DNA of 32,000 nucleotides from Desulfobulbus propionicus DSM 2032 (GTDB lineage Bacteria; Desulfobacterota; Desulfobulbia; Desulfobulbales; Desulfobulbaceae). The stretch covers positions 3,570,001-3,602,000 of the forward strand of contig NC_014972.1 of NCBI RefSeq assembly GCF_000186885.1. The letters are read 5' to 3'. This document shows, in pieces, positions 23,293-31,714 of this stretch; position 1 is the stretch's first letter; each line of letters begins with the position of its first letter. The position numbers and the translations under genes were made by a program. The notes under the pieces are model-generated. The model worked only from the letters and a program-made list of their open reading frames with translations, was not told the origin of the DNA and ran no database searches.

Positions 23293-23456
23293 ATTCTCAG
23301 GCGCTCGCAAGAGCTTAATAGGGAACTCCGTGTGAATCGGAGACAGGCCCGCTGCTGTATTCGGGGACGACCGCTGCATTTTGAGTCACTGACCTTGTTG
23401 TCGGGAAGACGCAGCCAGTAGGATGATCCGTGAGTCAGAAGACCTGCCTTGAGAAT
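23293..23456 (+). promoter_or_regulatory. Cobalamin riboswitch 4
   Basis: GAGCTTAATAGGGAACTCCGTGTGAATCGGAGACAGGCCCGCTGCTGT and GAGTCAGAAGACCTGCCTTGAGAAT; P1 arms ATTCTCAGG/CCTTGAGAAT. Confidence 0.95.
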
Positions 23457-23516
23457 TGAGCGAATGCTTCGTGGACGGAGGCGCGCTCGCACCATATCCA
23501 CGGATAAAAAAGGGAC

Positions 23517-23561
23517 ATCCCGGATCGAATACTTTGAGTTTTCGATCCGGGATTTTTTTTT
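23517..23561 (+). terminator. Riboswitch-associated intrinsic terminator (riboswitch 4)
   Basis: ATCCCGGATCGAA/TTCGATCCGGGAT stem followed by a run of T. Confidence 0.92.
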
Positions 23562-23606
23562 GCCGAACCCACCTATGAAAGTGCAGGTGTCACGCAGGAG
23601 GATGGT

Positions 23607-24029
23607 ATGCAACGATGTTTCGCTGTTCTGATCGCTTTCCTGTTCGTTGTTTTTACATCCCCCCAGGCATCTGCGGTGGCCGCCACGACTGAAGACGCCG
23701 CCATTACTGCCAGCAGCTGGCTCACGCTCGTCGATGGTGGCTATTACGTGCAGAGTTGGCAAACTGCCTCCCGATTTTTTCGTTCTGCCATTGCCGAGGC
23801 CACCTGGGCCGCCTCCCTGCAAGCAGCACGTTCGCCCTTGGGCAGCCTGGTCCGCCGCGAACAACGCGCAAGCCAACTGGCGACCAGCCTACCCGGCGCA
23901 CCTGACGGCGAGTATTGCATCCTCAGTTTTGCCACCGAATTGACCAACAAAAAAACCGCCGTCGAAACCCTGACCATGATGCGTGAAGCAGACGGTCAAT
24001 GGCGGGTTGCCGGCTACTTCATCAAGTAG
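23607..24029 (+). CDS. Secreted DUF4019-like small protein
   Basis: 140 aa; signal peptide MQRCFAVLIAFLFVVFTSPQASAVA; AASSWLTLVDGGYYVQSWQTASRFFRSAIAEATWAASLQAARSPLGSL...TMMREADGQWRVAGYFIK resembles DUF4019. First gene after riboswitch 4. Confidence 0.7.
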   Translation: MQRCFAVLIAFLFVVFTSPQASAVAATTEDAAITASSWLTLVDGGYYVQSWQTASRFFRSAIAEATWAASLQAARSPLGSLVRREQRASQLATSLPGAPDGEYCILSFATELTNKKTAVETLTMMREADGQWRVAGYFIK

Positions 24030-24056
24030 ACAGCTCAATCTTTCCAGGAGAACGCC

Positions 24057-26099
24057 ATGCGCCCCCTTGCTTTGTTCACCCATGTCCTGCTTGTGCTGCT
24101 GTTGTGTGCAGTTGCGGTCTGCGACACCCAGGCTGGCCAATATCCGCATGCCTTCAAGGATAGCCTCGGCCGCGAGGTATCCCTGACCAGCCCGCCGCAG
24201 CGAGTGGTCTGCCTGCTCAGCTCGGTGACCGATCTGCTCTTTGAGCTGGATCGCACTGAGTTCCTGGTGGGGTTGAGCCGCCAGGACTTGCTCAATCACA
24301 GCGCCTTGCGGGTACCGAGCATGGGCAGCTTTTTCCAGCCCGATCTGGCAGCGATCTCGAACGCCAAACCGGATCTGATCATTGCCTCCACCTCGCAGCA
24401 GGCCATGCTGCAGCCGTGGTTGGATGATCCGCAGCAGCACACCAAGGTGCTCTTTTTCCGGGAAGGCTCGCTTGAGGAAGGCTTTGCCCGCATGGCCCAG
24501 ATCGGTACCCTGGTGGAACGCGAACAACAGGCGCAGGCCATCATCAATCGCAACCGCGAGCAGATCGGGCTGGTGCAGGCCCGTCTCAAACAGATGCCGC
24601 CGGAGCAGCGCAAACGGGTGGCTCGGGTGGTGGCCGGAAATGATGGTATCTCATGCCCCGGCGATGATTCCTTCCAAAACGAGATGATCGCCGCTGCCGG
24701 TGGCATCGCGCCGCAATGGGCCAAGAACGGTGGTTTTGTGGAGGTGGATGTAACCAGCTGGCAGGCCTTTAACCCGCAAATGATTTACGGCTGCGATCGC
24801 AACATGGAGGCGGTCCACAAGATGCTTGCCCAAGAAGGGTGGAAAGAGGTCGAAGCGGTGCGCAACCGGGCCATCACCCAGCTGCCCTGCTCCATCGCCT
24901 GCCAGGTGACGCCCCATGTGGGGGCCGCAGTGCAGTGGCTGGCAGCCTCCTTCTATCCGGAACTGATGGCCGATGTCGCCAAGGCGGTCAGCAACAATAC
25001 GGTGCAAGGCGAGCGGCCACTCAACCTTGATCTGCCCTATGTGGCCTCCGCCAAAGTGGTCAATCACCGGGTCAACGATGCCGACTTCAAATCCCTGGTG
25101 CTCCGCTTCACCACCCCCCAGACGGTACTCTCCACCACCGAAGGCAATGCGCAGGCCGTGCAGGCGGTGGGCAATACCTCCGTGCCCATGCATGCCAGCC
25201 TTGGCCACATGGCCTTTGGTGTCGAGCAGGTACGCAAGGATGTGGCCGCCAACCTCGGCTATACGCCGGCCACCTACACCGGCATGATGACCGGCGCCGA
25301 CATGGACAACCTCTCAATGCAGGTGCGGCGCGAGGGTGATCTGGAGGCCGTAGCCCTGGTGACCGCCGGAACGCGCGGTAACGCTCAACGGATGTCAAAG
25401 GATGTTGGCTATGCCCACGCCTCGGGCACCATCAACATCCTCCTGCTCACCAACCGCACACTCGCATCCGAGGCCATGGCCCGGGTCATCATCACCGCCA
25501 CCGAGGCCAAGACCGCCGCTCTCTTGGATCTCGATATCCGCAGCACCGCACTGCCCTGGCCCTACCCGGCCACCGGCACCGGTACGGACTCGATGATCGT
25601 GGTCCAGGGTGAAGGCCCCTTGGTCCGTTACACCGGCGGCCACGCCAAGATCGGCGAGTTGATCGCCAAGGCGGTCCACGCCGGGGTGACCGAGGCTCTC
25701 ATCGGCCAAAACGGCATCAAGGCCGGACGAAACGTCTTGCAACGACTCGATGAACGCAAACTGAGTTTGGAGCGACTGGTGCAACTCTACCCCTCCACCC
25801 TGCCGCCCCAGGAACTGGAACGCAGGCTGGAGCGAGCCCTGGAGGAGCCGGCCATTGCCGGCTTCATCGAAACCGCCCTGGCCATCAGCGATGCGTCTGG
25901 CAGCGGCCAGATTGCCAATTTGACCGCCTTTGAGCGGATGTGTTCCGCCATGAGCGAGCAGCTGACCGGCACCACCACCCTTGTCCCGGCAACTATCAAC
26001 ACCCCGGATCTCCTGCCACCGGTCATGGCCAGGGTCTTTGGCCTGCTGGTGGCCGGGTTGAGCACAGGTCCTACCACTTCCAAGGAGTCCCAACCATGA
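24057..26099 (+). CDS. Exported fusion of a BtuF-like corrinoid-binding domain and a CbiZ-like amidohydrolase domain
   Basis: 680 aa; signal peptide MRPLALFTHVLLVLLLCAVAVCDTQAG; BtuF-like RVVCLLSSVTDLLFELDRTEFLVGLSRQDL; CbiZ-like GTINILLLTNRTLASEAMARVIITATEAKTAALLDLDIRSTALPWPYPATGTGTDSMIVVQGEGPLVRYTGGHAKIGELIAKAVHAG. Confidence 0.87.
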   Translation: MRPLALFTHVLLVLLLCAVAVCDTQAGQYPHAFKDSLGREVSLTSPPQRVVCLLSSVTDLLFELDRTEFLVGLSRQDLLNHSALRVPSMGSFFQPDLAAISNAKPDLIIASTSQQAMLQPWLDDPQQHTKVLFFREGSLEEGFARMAQIGTLVEREQQAQAIINRNREQIGLVQARLKQMPPEQRKRVARVVAGNDGISCPGDDSFQNEMIAAAGGIAPQWAKNGGFVEVDVTSWQAFNPQMIYGCDRNMEAVHKMLAQEGWKEVEAVRNRAITQLPCSIACQVTPHVGAAVQWLAASFYPELMADVAKAVSNNTVQGERPLNLDLPYVASAKVVNHRVNDADFKSLVLRFTTPQTVLSTTEGNAQAVQAVGNTSVPMHASLGHMAFGVEQVRKDVAANLGYTPATYTGMMTGADMDNLSMQVRREGDLEAVALVTAGTRGNAQRMSKDVGYAHASGTINILLLTNRTLASEAMARVIITATEAKTAALLDLDIRSTALPWPYPATGTGTDSMIVVQGEGPLVRYTGGHAKIGELIAKAVHAGVTEALIGQNGIKAGRNVLQRLDERKLSLERLVQLYPSTLPPQELERRLERALEEPAIAGFIETALAISDASGSGQIANLTAFERMCSAMSEQLTGTTTLVPATINTPDLLPPVMARVFGLLVAGLSTGPTTSKESQP

Positions 26100-29000
26100 A
26101 CCGCCTTTGTCTGCTCGTGCTGCTCCTGCTCGGTTGGGTGCAGTCGGCCCCGGCAATGCCCACCGCCAAGGTGGCTATCCTCGAAATCGATATCAACGGC
26201 TATCAGTTGCAGCAGGCTATTGGAGCCCTTGAACTGCCGCCCGCCATCGAAACCCGATTCTTCACCCTGGAGGACCTGGAGCACGATCCTCGTGCCAAGG
26301 ACTTTGTGCGCGAATCCTCGGTGGTCTTGGTCAACGTCATGGCCAACCAACTGGCCAGCTACATGATCGATCAACAACTGCTGACCGGCCGCGCGGTCTA
26401 TGGCCTCAACCAGGCCAGCAACCCCGAAGAACTCACCAAGAAAGGTTTTGTGTTTGACCGCGAAATCATGGCCTATTACCGCCACATGAGCCTGGCCAAT
26501 ATGGTCAACCTGGTACGACTGGCCGCACACCGCCACATCGACCAGGCCATCAGCTATCAACCGGTCGAGATCCTGCCCGAAATCTGCCTCCATCATCCCG
26601 ATGCACCGCGCACCTTCACCACGGTTGCTGACTACCTCGCCTGGGACCGGCAGCGGCCGGGATACCAGGCCGACCGGCCCCGGGTGGCCATCCTCGAATA
26701 CAACAACAGCCTCAAGGTGGGCCAGGTGGAGGCGGTGGACAAACTCATCCGCCGCCTGGAGGCTGGTGGCCTTGCCGTACTGCCCTGCTTCGGGTCGCTG
26801 CAGCAAACCCTGACCCAATACCTCCAGCCCATTGACGGCAAGCCGCCGGTGGATCTGGTGCTGGCCTTTACCCTCAAGTTCGCCTCAGCTCTCAACGAGG
26901 AGGTTCGGATTGCCCTGGAGCGGCTGAATGTACCACTGTTCAACGTCATCTCCACCTATGCCGAGACCGTGGATGAGTGGCGGCAGAGCCCTGTGGGGAT
27001 CAGTCCGATGGCCTCTGCCTGGGCCGTGGCTACGCCCGAGTTTTCCGGCGCCATTGAGCCGACGGTGCTGCTGGGCAAGCAGCAACTGGTCGATCCGCTC
27101 AGTGGCCGCAAGCTCTATGTGAGCGAGACCGTGGATGAAGCGATCGATTTTCTCATCCCCCGGCTGCACAACTGGGCCGCCCTGCAACGCATGGCCAACC
27201 CCGACAAAAAGGTGGCTATCCTCTACTACAACCACAGTCAAGGTAAGCAGAACATCGCCGCCGCCTACCTCAACGTCTTCCGCAGCCTGCAAACCATCCT
27301 TGCCCGCATGCAGGCCGAGGGCTACCGCATCGACAAGCCCGAACGACTGAACGAGGAACAGATTCAACAACTGGTGCTGGCCAGCGGCCGCAACATCGGC
27401 TCCTGGGCGCCGGGCGAACTCGACAACCTGCTGGCCTCCGGCGGGGTGGAGCAGGTGAGCATCGAGGAGTACACCACCTGGTTTGAACGGTTGCCCGGAG
27501 CCTTCAAAAAACCGGTGATCGCCCAATGGGGCCAGCCCAAGGACTGCGCCATCATGACCAGAGACGGAAAGCTGGTCTTCCCCATGGTCAAGCTGGGCAA
27601 CGTGGTGCTGCTGCCGGAACCGGCGCGCGGTTGGTCCGATGATCCGATGAAGCTCTACCACGATACCACCCTCTACCCGCACCACCAGTACATTGCCGCC
27701 TATTTGTGGCTCAAGGAAAAATTCCACGCCGACGCCATGATCCACCTCGGCACCCATGCCACCTACGAATGGCTGCCGGGCAAGCAAGCCGGGCTGGCGC
27801 CCTCGGACCCGCCGGAGATCATGGTCGGTACCATCCCTAACATCTACCCCTACATCGTTGACGATGTCGGCGAGGGGGTGCAGGCCAAGCGGCGCGGCCG
27901 GGGGGTAATCGTCGACCACCTCACCCCGCCGATGAAGGAGGCCGACCTGCACCATGAATACAAGCAGCTGGGTGATCTCTTCAAGCAGTATGAGACGGCC
28001 CGCACCGTTGGCAGCGAAACCGTGCCTGAGTATCGGAACAAGATCGGCCAACTGGTGGAGAAGATGGGCATTGCCAAGGATCTGCGCCTGACCACCATGG
28101 ATGAGGCAGCCATGGAAAAAATCCATCTCTACCTCCACGAGATCGACGACAACTCGCTGCCCTTTGGCCTGCACACCTTTGGCAAGGCCTACGCCGAGGA
28201 TGCCACCGCCTCGACCATTGAGCTCATTCAAAAGCAAAATCCCCAGGCCGATGACGACAAGATTCGCAAGGACCTGGAGGGCTCGCCCCTGCGGGAGATG
28301 AACAACCTCATCCGCGGCTTGAACGGCGAATATGTGCCGCCGGGCGAGGGCAACGATCCGCTGCGCAACCTGGCCGCCATCCCCACGGGCAAGAACTTTT
28401 ACGGATTTTCCCCGGCCAAGGTGCCATCCAAGGCGGCCTGGGCCGTGGGCAAACGTGCTGCCGAGGAGATGATCCGCGCCAAACAGGAGAAGGAGGGCCA
28501 CTATCCGGAAAAGGTGGGCGTGGTGCTCTGGGCCACCGAGACCACTCGCAACGAGGGGGTGCATGAGGCGACCATCCTCTGGTTGATGGGGGTGGAGCCG
28601 GTTTGGGATGCAAGCGACCGGGTCACCGGCAGTCGGGTGGTGCCCGGCCGGGAACTGGGACGGCCGCGCATCGACGTGCTGATCAATCCCTCCGGCTTGT
28701 ATCGCGACATGTATCCGGAAAAGCTGTTGTTCCTCGACGAGGCGGTGCAGCAGGCCCTGGCCCAGACCGATATTGAAAACTTCCTCGCCCGCAACCAGGT
28801 GACGATCAAAAAAGCCCTGCTGGCCAAGGGCATGAGTGAGCAGGAGGCCGATGAGCAGTCGCGCTTTCGCATCTTCACCGAAGCGGTCGGTTCCTATGGC
28901 AACGGGGTCGAGGAGATGGCCGGCGCCTCCGGGCTCTGGGATTCGGATGAGTCGATAAGCAACATCTACCTCAACCGGGTGCAGTTCGCCGTCGGCCGGG

Positions 29001-30067
29001 GCAAGTGGGCCGTGCCGGTGAAGGAGACCTTCACCGAGAACCTGCGCGGTGTGGACACCGCTGTGCATTCTCGTTCCAGCAATGTCATCGGCATCATCGA
29101 TACCGACGATTTCTTCATGTACCTGGGCGGCATGTCGCTGGCGGTGAAGAATGTGCGCGGTCAGGCCCCGGACACCCTGGTCACCATGCACCGCAAGAAG
29201 GATGAGCTGGGAGTGGAGGACGTGGCCAAGACCATCGGCATGGAGATGCGCACCCGCTACCTCAACCCCCAGTGGATCGAGGGCATGAAGCGCGAGAATT
29301 ACGGCGGCGCTCGGCAGATGGCCGACTTTGCCGAAAATCTCTGGGGCTGGCAGGTAACGGTGCGTGACGCGGTCGGCGCCGACAAGTGGCAGCAGATTTT
29401 CGAGGTCTACGTGGAGGATAAGTACGGCCAGGGCTTGGCCGAATTTTTCGATAAGCACAACCCCTGGGCCTACCAGTCGATGACCGCACGTATGCTGGAG
29501 GCGGTGCGAAAGGGCTACTGGCAGGCGGACGAACAGGTGACCAAAAAACTGGCCGCCGAGTATGCCACCAACGTCATCCAGCGCGGCGTGGCCTGCTGCG
29601 ATCATACCTGCAACAACCCCATGCTCAACCAGATGGTGGTCAACCTCATCTCCATGCCCGGCGTGCTCAGCCCGCAGATGGTGGAACAGTTCAAACTGGC
29701 CATCGAGCAGATGGCCAAGAAAAGTTTAGAGCAGCAGACCGCCGAACGGGCGGAACTGATCACCAGATTGAACGAGGTTCCGGCCGGGGAGCAAAAGCAG
29801 CAGGCGACCGAACCGCCACCGCAGCAACAGCCTGAGCAGACGAAGTCCAACCAGGAGATGCAACAACCCGAGCCGGTGCCGGAGAAGGAGGCCAAGGCGA
29901 CCGAAGACGGCAAGGCCCCGGAAAACGTCCAGGGCTACAAGATGGAGGAGATTAAAACCAAGGATGAATCCACCGAGCTGAGTTCCTCGGGTATCCAATG
30001 GGCGGCGAGTCTGTTTGTGCTGGTGGTGCTGGCGCTGTTTGTGTGGGGCTCGCGGCGGAGATGGTGA
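26096..30067 (+). CDS. Exported, C-terminally membrane-anchored CobN-family protein (HmuS-like)
   Basis: 1323 aa from MNRLCLLVLLLLGWVQSAPAMPTAKVAILEID (signal peptide); CobN motifs HADAMIHLGTHATYEWLPGKQAGLAPSDPPEIMVGTIPNIYPYIVDDVGEGVQAKRRGRGVIVDHLTPPMKEADL; Pro/Gln/Glu-rich region then TM anchor GIQWAASLFVLVVLALFVWGSRRRW. ATGA overlap with upstream gene. Confidence 0.93.
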   Translation: MNRLCLLVLLLLGWVQSAPAMPTAKVAILEIDINGYQLQQAIGALELPPAIETRFFTLEDLEHDPRAKDFVRESSVVLVNVMANQLASYMIDQQLLTGRAVYGLNQASNPEELTKKGFVFDREIMAYYRHMSLANMVNLVRLAAHRHIDQAISYQPVEILPEICLHHPDAPRTFTTVADYLAWDRQRPGYQADRPRVAILEYNNSLKVGQVEAVDKLIRRLEAGGLAVLPCFGSLQQTLTQYLQPIDGKPPVDLVLAFTLKFASALNEEVRIALERLNVPLFNVISTYAETVDEWRQSPVGISPMASAWAVATPEFSGAIEPTVLLGKQQLVDPLSGRKLYVSETVDEAIDFLIPRLHNWAALQRMANPDKKVAILYYNHSQGKQNIAAAYLNVFRSLQTILARMQAEGYRIDKPERLNEEQIQQLVLASGRNIGSWAPGELDNLLASGGVEQVSIEEYTTWFERLPGAFKKPVIAQWGQPKDCAIMTRDGKLVFPMVKLGNVVLLPEPARGWSDDPMKLYHDTTLYPHHQYIAAYLWLKEKFHADAMIHLGTHATYEWLPGKQAGLAPSDPPEIMVGTIPNIYPYIVDDVGEGVQAKRRGRGVIVDHLTPPMKEADLHHEYKQLGDLFKQYETARTVGSETVPEYRNKIGQLVEKMGIAKDLRLTTMDEAAMEKIHLYLHEIDDNSLPFGLHTFGKAYAEDATASTIELIQKQNPQADDDKIRKDLEGSPLREMNNLIRGLNGEYVPPGEGNDPLRNLAAIPTGKNFYGFSPAKVPSKAAWAVGKRAAEEMIRAKQEKEGHYPEKVGVVLWATETTRNEGVHEATILWLMGVEPVWDASDRVTGSRVVPGRELGRPRIDVLINPSGLYRDMYPEKLLFLDEAVQQALAQTDIENFLARNQVTIKKALLAKGMSEQEADEQSRFRIFTEAVGSYGNGVEEMAGASGLWDSDESISNIYLNRVQFAVGRGKWAVPVKETFTENLRGVDTAVHSRSSNVIGIIDTDDFFMYLGGMSLAVKNVRGQAPDTLVTMHRKKDELGVEDVAKTIGMEMRTRYLNPQWIEGMKRENYGGARQMADFAENLWGWQVTVRDAVGADKWQQIFEVYVEDKYGQGLAEFFDKHNPWAYQSMTARMLEAVRKGYWQADEQVTKKLAAEYATNVIQRGVACCDHTCNNPMLNQMVVNLISMPGVLSPQMVEQFKLAIEQMAKKSLEQQTAERAELITRLNEVPAGEQKQQATEPPPQQQPEQTKSNQEMQQPEPVPEKEAKATEDGKAPENVQGYKMEEIKTKDESTELSSSGIQWAASLFVLVVLALFVWGSRRRW

Positions 30068-30135
30068 GGTGGTCACTGCAAAGGAGCGATGACACCGGGG
30101 TGGTTCGTGCTTGGGGAAAGAATACCCAGCTCCCG

Positions 30136-30163
30136 GTCATTTCGACCAAAGGGAGAAATCTCT
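30136..30163 (+). repeat. Solo copy of the dispersed repeat arm seen at 5596-5623
   Basis: GTCATTTCGACCAAAGGGAGAAATCTCT versus TGTCATGTCGAGCGCAGCGAGAAATCTC. Confidence 0.5.
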
Positions 30164-30361
30164 GTACTCCGGCATCACAGCGGTGGGCAGGCATACTGCC
30201 GCCTGCGCCACCCTACGAGATCGATCATGCACGTTTTGATCGTTCCCATACTGGAGCGTAGAAAACAAACCCTGATTTCTGCGCCTCTGCGGGAGAACAA
30301 AAATGATCACCATACAGAGTTCAACAGCCTTGTTTTGCAACCCTAGAAAAGGAGAACCACA

Positions 30362-31108
30362 ATGCTCTACAAATCGCTGATTCTAGGTGTGCTCTTCAGT
30401 ATCGGTATCTTTGCCGGCAAAAGCGGCATTGGCCTGGCCTATCTGCTTGGGCGCACGCCATCCTGGCGAGGCAAGGCCCTGCGTCTGCTTGGTTTTGCCC
30501 TGCTCTACGCCCTGGTGTTCGCATTGGCGGCCTGGGGCCTGCGCCTCCTTGATCCCCTGGCGCACCTGGGGACTATCCAGCGTTTCCTGCAGTCCGGAAT
30601 GCAGGCGCACCTATTGATGGCCGGGGTGATGATTGCCTGGGGGCTGGCCTTGCTGCGCAAACCCCATCAGCACGGCAGCGCCAGTCGCGGCTGGCTGCTT
30701 TTGACCCTGCCCTGTCCGGTCTGCGCCACGGTGATCGTCTTCAGCCTCGCCTTTGGCCTGTCACTCTTTCCCGACCACTTTTCCCAGGTGGCCGGCGGTC
30801 TCTACCTGGCCTTTCTTGTTATCAGCCTGATGGTGATGGGCTTGATGCTGGGGTTGGGTAAAATGACCGCGCAGTCTGCGGAAACCCTGCTCGGCGGGGC
30901 CATGGTGCTGCTCGGTACCTACTTCCTGCTCTCCATGGCCATCCTCCCCCAATTCACCGATGTCGATGCGATCTACCGCATGGCCCATCACCAGGTTCCC
31001 GGTCAACAGCAGGATCTGCGTGCCCTGCTGCCGCTGGTAGTCCTCACTTTATCAACCTTTCTGGCCGGTTTTGGCCGTACCCACCAAAAAATACGGAGTT
31101 CGCACTAA
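30362..31108 (+). CDS. DUF2162-like multi-TM putative transporter
   Basis: 248 aa polytopic membrane protein MLYKSLILGVLFSIGIFAGKSGIGLAYLLGR...GWLLLTLPCPVCATVIVFSLAFGLSLFP; position between CobN-family and TolQ/ExbB-like genes. Confidence 0.7.
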   Translation: MLYKSLILGVLFSIGIFAGKSGIGLAYLLGRTPSWRGKALRLLGFALLYALVFALAAWGLRLLDPLAHLGTIQRFLQSGMQAHLLMAGVMIAWGLALLRKPHQHGSASRGWLLLTLPCPVCATVIVFSLAFGLSLFPDHFSQVAGGLYLAFLVISLMVMGLMLGLGKMTAQSAETLLGGAMVLLGTYFLLSMAILPQFTDVDAIYRMAHHQVPGQQQDLRALLPLVVLTLSTFLAGFGRTHQKIRSSH

Positions 31109-31713
31109 TGGATATCGGCGCCCTGCTGCAAACCTTCATCTACCTGGTTTCCTCCTCCCTGCTCTACCCGGTATTGCTGGCACTCAGCCTGCTGGTGCTG
31201 GTGGTCATCGTCCAGGCCGGTGGTTTCTTTGCCGAGTGGCTGGAACGGGCACGGCTCAAACCCTGCCCTTCCCAGAACCTGCCCCGGCTCTTGCAAACCG
31301 GCCAGGCCCAGGGGATGATCTCGCACCGGGTCAACCACTACTTAAAGATCCTCACCGAGATCCGCGACCAGCCGGGAAATCATGGTATCGCCGTGGAAAA
31401 CCTGCTGCAATCCACCACCCTGGAGTTGTGGAAATCCATGGACCGGCTGCGCATCCTGGTGCGCACCGGCCCGTCGCTTGGCCTACTCGGCACCCTCATC
31501 CCCATGGGCACCGGCCTGGCCTCCCTGGGTCAGGGCGACATGACCAAGCTCAGTTCAGATCTGGTCATCGCCTTCACCACCACCGTGGTCGGCATGGCGG
31601 TGGGTACGGTGGCCTTCTGTTTCTACACCCTGCGCCGCCGTTGGCTGGAAGAGGATATCAAAAACATGGAACTGGCCACCGAACTGCTGCTCAATGGGCC
31701 GGTGGAGCACTGA
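31108..31713 (+). CDS. MotA/TolQ/ExbB-family proton channel protein
   Basis: 201 aa; ILVRTGPSLGLLGTLIPMGTGLASLGQGDMTKLSSDLVIAFTTTVVGMAVGTVAFCFYTLRRRW. Confidence 0.9.
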   Translation: MDIGALLQTFIYLVSSSLLYPVLLALSLLVLVVIVQAGGFFAEWLERARLKPCPSQNLPRLLQTGQAQGMISHRVNHYLKILTEIRDQPGNHGIAVENLLQSTTLELWKSMDRLRILVRTGPSLGLLGTLIPMGTGLASLGQGDMTKLSSDLVIAFTTTVVGMAVGTVAFCFYTLRRRWLEEDIKNMELATELLLNGPVEH

Positions 31714-31714
31714 G

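Noticed and set aside
23280-23876. 198-aa minus-strand ORF
   Set aside because: Runs through riboswitch 4 and its terminator on the opposite strand; no coding support.
26885-29605. 906-aa minus-strand ORF
   Set aside because: Fully antisense to the strongly supported exported CobN gene; low-complexity His/Gly/Leu/Val-rich translation typical of shadow ORFs in high-GC coding DNA; no recognisable domain.
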